64,000 nt of DNA, taken from positions 124,001 to 188,000 of the forward strand of contig NIVC01001874.1 of the NCBI GenBank assembly GCA_002269645.1, in the 5' to 3' direction. Shown here one piece after another: positions 11,601 through 24,200 of the stretch (within the stretch, counting starts at the first letter, position 1; each line of letters opens with the position of its first letter). The stretch is from Macrostomum lignano (taxonomy: Eukaryota). Position numbers and translations under genes: made by a program. Under the pieces are notes generated by a model that made no database searches, was not told where the DNA came from, and saw only the letters and a program-made list of their open reading frames with translations.

Positions 11601-13508
11601 AGTCCTGTCTCTCTGATGGACACCCTGAACAAAGAGCCTCTTTTCACTTGAAATTTCACAGCTCCGAAGCGCAAAGGCGAACTGCGCACTCTGGGCCGCC
11701 GCTCCGAGCAGGAGTGCATCAGCGACCTGCAGCTGCGTGTCAAAGTTGACAAGCGCTGCTTGCGCCGCCAGCGTGGTGGCCACGGCGGCGGCAGCGGCGA
11801 AGCCAGCGACACTGATGAGCAGGTCAGTCGCGCCGGCCGCGGACGGCCCAAGCGGACGCGACATGCCGCTGCGGCAAGCGGCACCGCCGCAAATAATCGC
11901 CTGTCAAGCAGGTCCTCCGCTGCGGCGGCGGCGGCAGCAGCGGCAACGGCAGCCAAACAGCGGCGCAAGAAGCCGCCATCAACTGCGGCAGCTCGAGCAG
12001 CGGCGGTGGCGGCAGCGGCCGCGGCGGCTCCGTCGCGAAAGCGTCGACATGGTCGACGAAAGAAAGGCCGGCCACCTAAGAAGCGACCCAAACTGGAGCC
12101 TGCGACCCCCAAGCTGGAGATTTCCGACGTGTCGCCGGCGTCGCCGCCGCATCCTCAGTCGCCGCCTCCAACCCCGCCGCCTCCGCCGCCTCCGCCGCCA
12201 CCTCCGCTGCCTCCATCGCCGGCAACTCAGGCACCTCCGTCGCTTCCGTCGGCTGTGGCGCTTCCCAGAAAGCGGGGCCGGCCGCGCAAAACGACGCTAG
12301 TTGAGCCGGCCAACCCGACGCAGCGGCGCGGGACAACATCGGCGGATGCCGCCGCAGCTGCAGCTGCTAATGAAGCTGCCGATGCGCCAGATGCCACTGT
12401 GACAGCGGCAACCGCAACGGACGCCGCGTCTGCCTCGTCATTTGAAAGCTTCGCTGGTACGAGGGACTCAATCGACAGCGTAATTGAGAATGTGCTCAGC
12501 CAGGCTCACGATCAGGATTACCGCCTGGTGACGTCATCGGCTGCCGTCGCTACTGCCGCTGCTTCTGCGAAGCCGCCGCCGCCGCCGCCGGCGCAACCGA
12601 CTTCGCCGCCACCGCCGGCGCGTTCGTCGCCCTTTCAGCTGAGACTGGAGACCATCTCACCCGCCGCGCCGGTGACTAAAATCGAGAACGAGCCAGTGTC
12701 ACCGCCGATCGTTAGCCAGCACGAGCTCTACCAGCTGCACAGTTTGCACCAGCTGCACCAGCATCAGCAGCTTCATCACCGCCTGTTTCCGCCGCATCAG
12801 CACCCGTTAATGCACCTGCCGTTTCCTCCGTCGGCAGCCGAGGATCCGGCGGCTTTCCTGCAGCAATGGGCCGCTGCCCGGCATCACCCGGCGTCCTGGG
12901 AGGCGGCTGTGGCGGCGGCGGCTGCAGCTGCGGCAGCTGCATCCTCCGTGTCGATGCCGCCACATTTTCCGCAGCCGCCTAACTCGCAGTTTCCTCAGCA
13001 AGCAGCGCGCCAGCAGCATCAGAAGCCGGCCGGGCCGCCGCCGCCGCAGTCAATGTGGGTGCCACAGAAGACGCCCTGCTACGGCGCCCCGCCCATGCAG
13101 ATGCCGTCCTATCCTGGCCTGTCGCATCCGCCCATTCCGCTAGGCGGCGGCCCGCAGCGATTTGGCGGCGTCAGCGGCGGCGTCAGCAGCAGTGGCGGTG
13201 GTGGCGGTGCCCCGCTCCCGTCGCTGCCCTTCCTGCAGTCACCGGCAGCCACCTTGGTGCCTGTCATCATCGCCAATCCGATGGGCGCTCCCACGCCGTC
13301 GCTGTCGCACTCCGCGATCACCTCCTGCAGCGGCAGCGGACTGCCGGCCTTTTCAGCGCCTCAATCGACTGCGGCAGCCGTGGCAGCGGCGGCAGCTGCG
13401 GCCGCCAACATCCCTGTGGGATCCGGCAGGGCTCCGCCACCCCGCCTGCCGCCGTCTCATCCGGGACTGTTCCTGCCACAGCTGAATCTCTACCACGGCG
13501 ACGGGTGA
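8676..13508 (+). CDS. ARID5B-type N-terminal (BAH-like) domain + AT-hook, low-complexity nuclear protein, ~859 aa, 4 exons
   Basis: Exons 8676-9017, 10239-10392, 10543-10779, 11662-13508 join in frame with GT-AG sites (phases 0,1,1; 2580 nt, TGA end). N-terminal blocks RRVSIGDCF, LTLTLEDFFK, VLVMSVSSFNR, KVFFCR resemble ARID5B N-terminal blocks (RILSLGDFF, VIVKLEDLVK, VIVLSYPQYCR, QILYCR, recalled from memory). AT-hook cores GRGRPKR, KGRPPKK, RKRGRPRK. Confidence 0.75.
10911..11626 (+). repeat. 31-33-bp minisatellite (~22 copies) filling intron 3 of gene 1
   Basis: Unit CTCTGATGGACACCCTCTATTTGAGTCCTGTCT; ends ~35 nt before the 11661 acceptor. Confidence 0.95.
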
Positions 13509-14152
13509 CCGCCTGTTGGCCTCCCTCATTATCAGTTTGTAATATTCATCTCTAATAACATTCGTTGTGTTGAATAGTTTTTTTTAAATAAACCGCGCCC
13601 TAGCACGCACGTGTTCAAGTTTTTAATGCGCATGATACCTTTTGCAATGCGTTAATCCCCCCCCCCGGCAACTAGAAGAAGCTGGGAGTCAAGCAATAAG
13701 CGTCAACAATAACCAGTCAAGAGCCACCGTGCTTATCATACAGTACCAGAAGTCACCTCGTTTTAATTATTCCTCTGTTGCGCTTTTCATATTACTGATG
13801 GTAGGAGAACTCAGATTTTGTTTACCTGTCTTGATGCTACTTTTTTATTTCTATTATTTAACGTTGTATGTAATCGTTTGTTAATATTGATTTTCACATT
13901 TAAAAGTGCACGTGAACTTTTGTTAATAATGCTCCGTTTGCTTATGTAATTGTTGTTACTCTCGTGTTTCATCATGAAACAACTAGCAAAGTGCGTATTT
14001 TTGCTAATATTAATATTATTCTTGCTAATATTCTGATATGGTTATCTAGTTGCTATTATCTATCATCATTATACGTTTTATATGTTACACGTGTTAAGAG
14101 AAAGTTCAAGCACTCAAGCTTTTGACTAAACAATGCTTTTGGTTTCTGATTG

Positions 14153-15441
14153 AGGAGATTGTCTTCCTGGTGGGAATTAGGAGGCTCATGCAGCATAGAG
14201 GGGAGATTATCCTTCTGATGGGAATTGGGAGGCTCAGCAGCATGAAGGGGAGATTATCCTTCTGATGGGAATTGGGAGGCTCAGCAGCATAGAGGGGAGA
14301 TGATCCTTCTGATGGGAATTGGGAGGCTCAGCAGCATGAAGGGGAGATTATCCTTCTGATGGGAATTGGGAGGCTCAGCAGCATGAAGGGGAGATTATCC
14401 TTCTGATGGGAATTAGGAGGCTCAGCAGCATGAAGGGGAGATGATCCTCCTGATGGGAATTGGGAGGCTCAGCATAGAGGGGAGATTATCCTCCTGATGG
14501 GAATTGGGAGGCTCAGCATAGAGGGGAGATTATCCTCCTGGTGGGAATTGGGAGGCTCAGCAGCATGAAGGGGAGATTATCCTCCTGATGGGAATTGGGA
14601 GGCTCAGCAGCATGAAGGGGAGATTATCCTTCTGATGGGAATTGGGAGGCTCAGCAGCATGAAGGGGAGATTATCCTTCTGATGGGAATTAGGAGGCTCA
14701 GCAGCATAGAGGGGAGATGATCCTTCTGATGGGAATTGGGAGGCTCAGCATAGAGGGGGGATTATCCTCCTGGTGGGAATTGGGAGGCTCAGCAGCATGA
14801 AGGGGAGATTATCCTCCTGATGGGAATTGGGAGGCTCAGCAGCATGAAGGGGAGATTATCCTCCTGATGGGAATTGGGAGGCTCAGCAGCATGAAGGGGA
14901 GATTATCCTCCTGATGGGAATTGGGAGGCTCAGCATAGAGGGGGGATTATCCTCCTGGTGGGAATTGGGAGGCTCAGCAGCATGAAGGGGAGATTATCCT
15001 CCTGATGGGAATTGGGAGGCTCAGCAGCATGAAGGGGAGATTATCCTTCTGATGGGAATTAGGAGGCTCAGCAGCATGAAGGGGAGATTATCCTCCTGAT
15101 GGGAATTGGGAGGCTCAGCATAGAGGGGAGATTATCCTCCTGGTGGGAATTGGGAGGCTCAGCAGCATGAAGGGGAGATTATCCTCCTGATGGGAATTGG
15201 GAGGCTCAGCATAGAGGGGAGATTATCCTCCTGGTGGGAATTGGGAGGCTCAGCATAGAGGGGAGATTATCCTCCTGGTGGGAATTGGGAGGCTCAGCAT
15301 AGAGGGGAGATTATCCTCCTGGTGGGAATTGGGAGGCTCAGCAGCATGAAGGGGAGATTATCCTCCTGATGGGAATTGGGAGGCTCAGCAGCATGAAGGG
15401 GAGATTATCCTCCTGATGGGAATTGGGAGGCTCAGCATAGA
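14153..15441 (+). repeat. 44/47-bp G-rich minisatellite (~28 copies) upstream of the Kv3 coding start
   Basis: Unit GATGGGAATTGGGAGGCTCAGCAGCATGAAGGGGAGATTATCCTCCT with a 3-bp shorter variant. Confidence 0.95.
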
Positions 15442-15716
15442 TGGAAGAACGGTTGGTCAACAGAGGCATCCGTTTATTATATCAGCCGTTATATATTTTT
15501 ACCTTGGTAACAATAAGATTTATATTTGATTAAGTCTGATAAAAATCCTGCCGGCAACTCGTGTTCAAGCGGCAGGTCTGTTTGCTGATCTGATGAAGAC
15601 GGCCGCTCGGATTGGCTTCTGATTGGCTGGTCAGCTGCTGATGCCGCATCGGGATAGGTGCTGCAGAGGAATGGCGGGTGGGAAACCTAGCCAAAGCAGT
15701 GCCGGATGCGGCCGTA

Positions 15717-18700
15717 ATGCGAAAGAGTCTGAGCTCAGCCAGCAAAGCACAGTTGGTTGCAGCCGCCATGGTGAGCAGAGCAACCTCGGTGACGCTGCGC
15801 CAGGGCGGCGGCTGCGGCCAGTCGCGGCCGCCGGAGAACCGAATCGTCATCAATGTTGGCGGAGTCCGTTTCGAGACTTACAAATCCACTCTGCAGAACA
15901 TCCCGGACACCCGGCTGGCCTGGCTGGCCGAAGCCACCTCGGTGAACAGCGCCGACTTCGATCCGGACACCGGGGAGTACTTCTTCGACCGGCACAGCGG
16001 CGTGTTCGCCATGATTCTCAACTACTACCGCACCGGCCGGCTGCACACCCCCATGGACATCTGCGGCCCCATGTTCGAGGAGGAGCTGGCCTACTGGGGC
16101 ATCGACGAGAAACAGATGGAGTCCTGCTGCTGGACCACCTACCGGACTCACCGGGACGCTCAGGAGACCCTCGCCGAGCTCAACGGCGGCGAATTGTCCG
16201 ACGACGGCGAGGAGGACGCGCCCGGCGACACCGCCAGGCGGTTTGGCATCGAGGAGGCCGCCGGGCCGGAGCTGGGCAGGTGGCAGCGGGTCCGGCCGAG
16301 GGTCTGGGCGCTGCTCGAGGTCGAGGGTACCGGCGTTGGCGGGCCCGGCAAGGTGGGTTCAGCTTGGGAGGTGTGGGTTCAGGCTGTGTGCAGCTGTGGG
16401 TTCAGGCTGTGTGCAGCTGAGGGTTCAGGCTGGGTGCAGCTGTGGGCTCAGGCTGGGTGCAGCTGTGGGTTCAGGCTGGGTGCAGCTGTGGGTTCAGGCT
16501 GGGTGCAGCTGTGGGCTCAGGCTGGGTGCAGCTGTGGGTTCAGGCTGGGTGCAGCTGTGGGTTCAGGCTGGGTGCAGCTGTGGGTTTAAGCTGGGTGCAG
16601 CTGTGGGCTCAGGCTGGGTGCAGCTGTGGGTTCAGGCTGGGTGCAGCTGTGGGTTTAAGCTGGGTGCAGCTGTGGGTTTAAGCTGGGTGCAGCTGTGAGT
16701 TCAGGCTGGGTGCAGCTGTGGGTTTAAGCTGGGTGCAGCTGTGGCTGGGTGCAGCTGTGGGCTCAGGCTGGGTGCAGCTGTGGGTTCAGTTTGGGTGCAG
16801 CTGTGGATTCAGGCTGGGTGCAGCTGTGGGCTCAGGCTGGGTGCAGCTGAGGCTGGGTGCAGCTGTGGGCTCAGGCTGGGTGCAGCTGTGGGTTCAGGCT
16901 GGGTGCAGCTGTGGGTTTAAGCTGGGTGCAGCTGTGGGCTCAGGTTGGGTGCAGCTGTGGCTGGGTGCAGCTGTGGGTTCAGGCTGGGTGCAGCTGTGAG
17001 TTCAGGCTGGGTGCAGCTGTGGGTTTAAGCTGGGTGCAGCTGTGGCTGGGTGCAGCTGTGGGCTCAGGCTGGGTGCAGCTGTGGGCTCAGGCTGGGTGCA
17101 GCTGTGGGCTCAGGCTGGGTGCAGCTGTGGGTTCAGTTTGGGTGCAGCTGTGGATTCAGGCTGGGTGCAGCTGTGGGCTCAGGCTGGGTGCAGCTGTGGG
17201 CTCAGGCTGGGTGCAGCTGTGGGTTCAGTTTGGGTGCAGCTGTGGATTCAGGCTGGGTGCAGCTGTGGGCTCAGGCTGTGTGCAGCTGAGGCTGGGTGCA
17301 GCTGTGGGCTCAGGCTGGGTGCAGCTGTGGGTTCAGGCTGGGTGCAGCTGTGGGTTTAAGCTGGGTGCAGCTGTGGGCTCAGGTTGGGTGCAGCTGTGGC
17401 TGGGTGCAGCTGTGGGTTCAGGCTGGGTGCAGCTGTGGGTTCAGGCTGGGTGCAGCTGTGGCTGGGTGCAGCTGTGGCTGGGTGCAGCTGTGGGTTCAGT
17501 TTGGGTGCAGCTGTGGATTCAGGCTGGGTGCAGCTGTGGGCTCAGGCTGGGTGCAGCTGAGGCTGGGTGCAGCTGTGGGCTCAGGCTGGGAGCAGCTGTG
17601 GGCTCAGGCTGGGTGCAGCTGTGGGTTCGGGCCTGTAGGGGTGGGTGCTAGTCATAACAAACTTGTTTTCATCGCTTAGTTTTTGTTCAAGAATGACGCT
17701 AACTCAAGTTAATGTGGTTTCCTCCTTGCACCCAGCATAACAAGGCATGACTATAGGCGAAGCACCGCAGGAATCAGTGCAAAGTCAGTAAACTGTACAC
17801 CTATGCTAGCGTCAGACAGAAGGGTGTCCGGCCGATCAAAGGTGTCTCACCTCGCACACCTGACCGACGCGGCTCATAAATACGGGAGCTAGCTGAGCCG
17901 GCGCGGTTGTGTCAGCTTACTGGCCATGTTTACCCCCGCCGACTCGGCTTTGGAGTAATTAATCAGCCACCAGTTTGGGGCCAGTGCTGGCGGCGAGTCT
18001 TCATCTGCGGCTTGCGACAGAGACGAATCGGGCCATCAGCTGCTGGGGGCGACCGAATCTGCATTATGCATGCCGCTTCCCCGCGCCCAGACCTCCACCA
18101 AAGAGAATGAGATAGGGATAAGAGATAAGAACGAGATGATGCTGAGGACTCTGAGGCTGGGAAGAGGAGAGATTGGAGAAAAATGGTGAAGTTTTCCTTC
18201 GCCCAGTGCTGGCGCGGCGCAGCAGCAGTAGATCAGAGCCATCGGCTATTGGCCAGCTAAGTGTTAAACTCTGGCGGAATACCCGACCCGGGGGCTCATT
18301 AATAATTAATGAGCTGGGCGGCAGGCCGGAGAACTAGGGAGGGTAAACTCTCGCATCCCTAGGGTCGTTATAGTATAGGCCTAGGATTTCTACGCTGGGC
18401 TGTTGATAGGGTAATTCAATTAGCCCTTCTCACCACATGTGACACAGGGGCATCTGCACTGTGCTGTGCTATGAGGTAGCATTGTGACTTGTTTTAGACC
18501 TGATCACAGGATAGACTGATCACAGGGTAGACTGATCACAGGGTAGACTGATCACAGGGTAGACTGATCACAGGGTAGACTGATCACAGGGTAGACTGAT
18601 CACAGGGTAGACTGATCACAGGATAGACTGATCACAGGATAGACTGATCACAGGGTAGACTGATCACAGGATAGACTGATCACAGATCAACTGATCACAG

Positions 18701-21048
18701 GATAGACTGATCACAGATCAACTGATCACAGGATAGACTGATCACAGGATAGACTGATCACAGGGTAGACTGATCACAGGATAGACTGTTCACAGGCTGG
18801 TCACCTGTGATGTAAAACTAATCTCTTAAGTACCGCCCAGCCATTTTTATAGAGCCGGCAAATACCGTGCGAGAAATGGGAAGAGTTTATCAAGTCAAAC
18901 TACGGCCAGAAATGAAATCCCCACTGACCCCGAGGAAGACGGGCATTTTAAAAAAGAGCGTCAACAAGCAGAGACGGCCGTGAATGCGGGAAAGAGTTGC
19001 GACAGCGAGACTGGATAAGCAGAATCATTTTTCGGGACCCGCGACACCCCTTTGGCCGGGGAAGCGGAGATGGGACACAGATTGAGGCTTCGCATTTTTT
19101 CCCTAGGGAGCGCGGCGCGCGGCGGCTGAGTTCCCAAACTGTGCCAGCGCGCAGATGGCAGCAATGGGCTCCTTATTTCTCCTCGACCCTCTCCGCGAAA
19201 TTAATCCCCACCCCGTAGACCGGAGCATCCGTTCGCTTGGGTGACGTATTAGTCGGCCATTCTCATCCAAATTTGGAGTCTTCTGCAATCCTACACACTC
19301 TGCCGATAAGTTGAAAACAGAATGGAAGGAATTGATTGAGTCCTTGATAATGTGCTGTAATATAATTAGTTAGCTTGTGCACTTCGAATGAATTAACCAT
19401 CTCAGATCCATCACTAGTAGCCTTCCAAAGTAGACTGTCTCAAAAAACGACCAACCACCTAAAACCCGACCACATCAAAACCGACCATATCAAAACCGAC
19501 AACCTCAAAACCGACCACCTCAAAACCGACCACATCAAAACCGACAGCCTCAAAAACGACCACATCAAAACCGACAACCTCAAAACCGACCACCTCAAAA
19601 ACCGACCGCCTCAAAACCGACCACCTCAAAACCAACAACCCCAAAACCGACCACATAAAAAACGACCACATCAAAACCCCTGACCTCCAGGCGCTGGCCA
19701 CAGTATCCGTTCTCTTCATCCTGGCCTCCATCATCGCCCTGGTGGTGGAGACGCTGCCCGAGGCTCGAATCCCGCGGCCCGGCGCCGGCGCCATGAACTG
19801 CAGCCGCCTGATGGTCTCTGACTGTCTCCGGTACACGCAGCCGCGGCCAGCGGTGCACGCGGTGGACATCACGGTGACGGCCTACTTCGCCCTGGAGCTG
19901 GCCGCCCGCCTTGTCTTCTGCCCGTCGAAGCCGGAATTTTTCAAATCGGCGCTAAACTGGATCGACCTGGTTGCTGTGGCAACGGCCTGCGTCTCGTTCG
20001 CTGTGCCGCCGGAATCAGCCGTCATCGTGCACCAGATTCTCAAGGTGCCCAGAATTCTGCGCATCTTCAAGCTGACCAGGCATTTCTCCGGGTTGAAAAT
20101 CCTGGTGCACACCATGAAGGCCTCGTCCAGGGAGCTGACCCTGCTGGGCACCGTGTTCGCCATCTTCGTCATCCTGTGCGGCACCGCCATCTTCATCTGC
20201 GAACAGTTCGTCGAGTCGCCCGTAAACGAGTTTCGAACCATCCCTATCGGATTCTGGTGGGCGTTGGTTACCATGACAACGCTTGGTTACGGTGATATGG
20301 TGCCAAGGACGCTGCCAGGTAAGTCGGTTAATTCACCTCGATATGGTAAAAACTCGACAACTGTAAATCTCCTCGATAATCCGACACCTGTAAAGTCTCT
20401 CGATAATCCGACGTCTGTAAAATCTCATCGATAATCCGATACCTGTAAAATCTCCTCGATAATCTGACACCTGTAAATCTCCTCGATAATCCGACACCTG
20501 TAAAATCTCCTCGATAATCTGACACCTGTAAATCTCCTCGATAATCCGACACCTGTAAAATCTCCTCGATAATCCGACACCTGTAAAATCTCCTCGATAA
20601 TCCGACACCTGTAAAATCTCCTCGATAACCCGGTATTTGTTAATCTACAGTCAATCCTTTACCGATCGGCTCTCCCGATTATCCAGTATCCACAAATTGG
20701 AATCCGACAACTCTGGCAATAGAATGAGCAGACAGACTTTACCCCAGCAACCCCGGCAGCCTCAGCCGAGCCCTTCAAATCTCCCAGTCCGACCCCGGCA
20801 AGTCACGAGAACTTTCCGCCGCGTTCAACGTCGCAATTTGGCCGTCCACTTCACTGACACCCGGGCGGCTGCTAACAGAAATTGATTGCGCCAGCCGCCA
20901 TTAGGAATCCCGGGCTCCCCAATCGCCCTTTCTGAGCTCCATTTTCCCGCTATGCTTCACTCCCCCCCCCCCAAGGGAAGTGGCTCGGGGGTTGGGTAAT
21001 AACTCCCCGTTCGGCATTAGCACCTGCCACAAGCTCTTCAAGGGAGAG

Positions 21049-21130
<82 letters not shown>

Positions 21131-21133
21131 TCT

Positions 21134-21182
<49 letters not shown>

Positions 21183-21194
21183 TCTCTCTCTCCA

Positions 21195-21270
<76 letters not shown>

Positions 21271-24200
21271 ACTCCGCCTTAACTATCCGCAATCTCGTCT
21301 TCGCCTCTCTCGCCGCCGCCCAGGCTACATTGTAGGCGGCGTCTGCGCCATCAGCGGCGTCCTGGTCATCGCCCTGCCAGTGCCAATCATTGTCAACAAC
21401 TTCGCCCTGTACTACACGCACGCCCAGGCCCGGCTGAAGCTGCCAAAGAGGAAGAAGCGGGTTTTGGTTGGAGCGCACGACGCTCTCAAGCAGACTGCCG
21501 GTGCCGTGATCGTCGGCTGTGGCGACGGCGACGGCGACGGCGGTTGCATCAGCGGCGGCGGCGGCAACGGGTGCGGCTCCGAGCACCAGCTGAGCTGCTC
21601 AGATTCAGGCGAGGAGACGCCGTCGGTGAGCGAAGAGCTCGACTTGTCCCCCGAGGCCGTCACAGCGGGACAGACCGCCTTCCCAGGTGCGTCAGCCATC
21701 GGTGTTGACAGGTTCTAGGCATGGACAACTGAAGTACCAGGACGCTGCACTCGATTTTTCTTAGAAATAAGCTTCTAGACCCGAACTGGCCATGATTTTG
21801 GGAAGAATTTTGATTTGTATTCGTGCGTAAAGAAATTTGTCGCTAATATTTCAGGCTGCACGCCGGACATCACCATCGAAGTTTCGGACGAGGTGCCCGC
21901 TGCAAGGAAGCCGGAGGCGCTGGAAATCCCTGCGCTTGGTGAGAAGCGATGGGGACCAGTTCCCATTCACACCTGGAGCTGAGTGACTGAGGCTCCGGTA
22001 TCACTGATCCCCATCTGACACAACTGGAGCTGAGTGACTGAGGCTCCGGTATCACTGATCCCCATCTGACACAACTGGAGCTGAGTGACTGAGACTCCGG
22101 TATCACTGATCCCCATCTGACACAACTGGAGCTGAGTGACTGAGGCTCCGGTATCACTGATCCCCATCTGACACACATGGAGCTGAGTGACGGAGGCTCC
22201 GGTTCCACTGATCCCCATCTGACACACCTGGAGCTGAGTGACTGAGGCTCCGGTATCACTGATCCCCATCTGACACACATGGAGCTGAGTGACTGAGGCT
22301 CCGGTATCACTGATTCCCATCTGACACACCTGGAGCTGAGTGACGGAGGCTCCGGTATCATTGATCCCCATCTGACACACCTGGAGCTGAGTGACGGAGG
22401 CTCCGGTTCCACTGATCTCCATCTGACACACCTGGAGCTGAGTGACTAAGGCTCCGGTATCACTGATTCCCATCTGACACACCTGGAGCTGAGTGACTGA
22501 GGCTCCGGTATCATTGATCCCCATCTGACACACCTGGAGCTGAGTGACTAAGGCTCCGGTATCACTGATTCCCATCTGACACACCTGGAGCTGAGTGACG
22601 GAGGCTCCGGTATCATTGATCCCCATCTGACACACCTGGAGCTGAGTGACTGAGGCTCCGGTTCCACTGATCTCCATCTGACACACCTGGAGCTGAGTGA
22701 CTAAGGCTCCGGTATCACTGATTCCCATCTGACACACCTGGAGCTGAGTGACTGAGGCTCCGGTTCCACTGATCCCCATCTGACACACCTGGAGCTGAGT
22801 GACTGAGGCTCCAATTCCACTGATCCCCATCTGACACACCTAGAGCTGAGTGACTGAGGCTCCGGTATCACTGATTCCCATCTGAAACACCTGGAGCTGA
22901 GTGACGGAGGCTCCGGTTCCACTGATCTCCATCTGACACACCTGGAGCTGAGTGACTGAAGCTCCGGTATCACTGATCCCCATCTGACACACCTGGAGCT
23001 GAGTGACTGAGGCTCCGGTTCCACTGATCCCCATCTGACACACCTGGAGCTGAGTGACTGAGGCTCCGGTTCCACTGATCCCCATCTGACACACCTGGAG
23101 CTGAGTGACTGAGACTCCGCTTCCACTGATCCCCATCTGACACACCTGGAGCTGAGTTACTGAGGCTCCGGTTCCACTGATCCCCATCTGACACACCTTG
23201 AGCTCAGGGACTGAATTTCTTACTGGTTCAGGGTTCCCAAGACGAAACCCTGTCAGGCTAGAAGTGCTTCTGTAAAGTGCAAACGAAAGCTCAATGGCCA
23301 ACTGATTGTGCAAATTCTTTTCCAACAAAACCACTTGGACAGTAGCAAGAGAGCAACGATCGCCGCATCACCAGTGCCAGCACCAGCAACTGCAGCAACA
23401 GCAGCACTCACCCGAATCCCCCGGGCCTCCGTCAGCAGTTTCAGCCAGGAACTCCCGACTATTGCGAAGAGCCAGCCTCAGGCCCAATGGCCACCTGCCA
23501 CCGGACGATCAGAACCTGTCATCGGCTAGGCGAGGTATGAAAATTGCGCAATAAACTACCTCAATGCAAATGTACTTTCTATAGCCAGAAGCATGTTTCA
23601 AATTTAATCGAGCATAGCGAATTATGAAATGTATGAAGTTTTTGACCCTGGCAGCTTAATTGCACCCAATTTATTGCATGCCACCTCTCAAACGTTGAAA
23701 TAAGAGATTTTTTAAGTCATTTTTACACGGGATGCATCCTTTATTAGTGTTATCTACGTTCTGATAATGTTATACAATTAATTTGAATTTTATTGCCTCA
23801 AAAACAACGGCAATCGCTCACACCGATAACTTAGTGTTGAGGCGGGCAAAAAGTGACGACAGAAGTGACCTGCTCAGCGAGTCATGGCCGGGTGAGTCTG
23901 AGTTTGCCTCTCACTCCTCATTTCATCTGTCACTTTGCACAGAAAGGTGGCTTCTACCGATTGATTAAGTCTGTATCACAGTCTAGGCCATAGACAGTTC
24001 CCGATTGTTTAAGTCAGTAGGACAGTCTAGACCATAGACAGTTCCCGATTGATTAAGTCAGTAGGACAGTCTAGACCATATAAAGTTCCCGATTGATTAA
24101 GTCAGTGGGACAGTCTAGGCCATAGACAGTTCCCAATTGATTACGGTAAGTCGGTATGACAGTCTGGGCCATAGACAGTTCCGGATTGATTAAGTCAGTA

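Noticed and set aside
11594-13555. Overlapping alternative-frame and antisense ORFs across GC-rich exons (also 43664-45132, 54086-55018, 58041-58534)
   Set aside because: Expected shadow ORFs of high-GC coding sequence; no domain signal.
16243-17679. GWVQLW/AGCSCG periodic ORFs
   Set aside because: Translation of the 23-bp intronic array; the real exon ends at the 16352 donor.
21870-23334. Minus-strand 17-aa periodic ORFs
   Set aside because: 51-bp minisatellite antisense to Kv3 intron 4.
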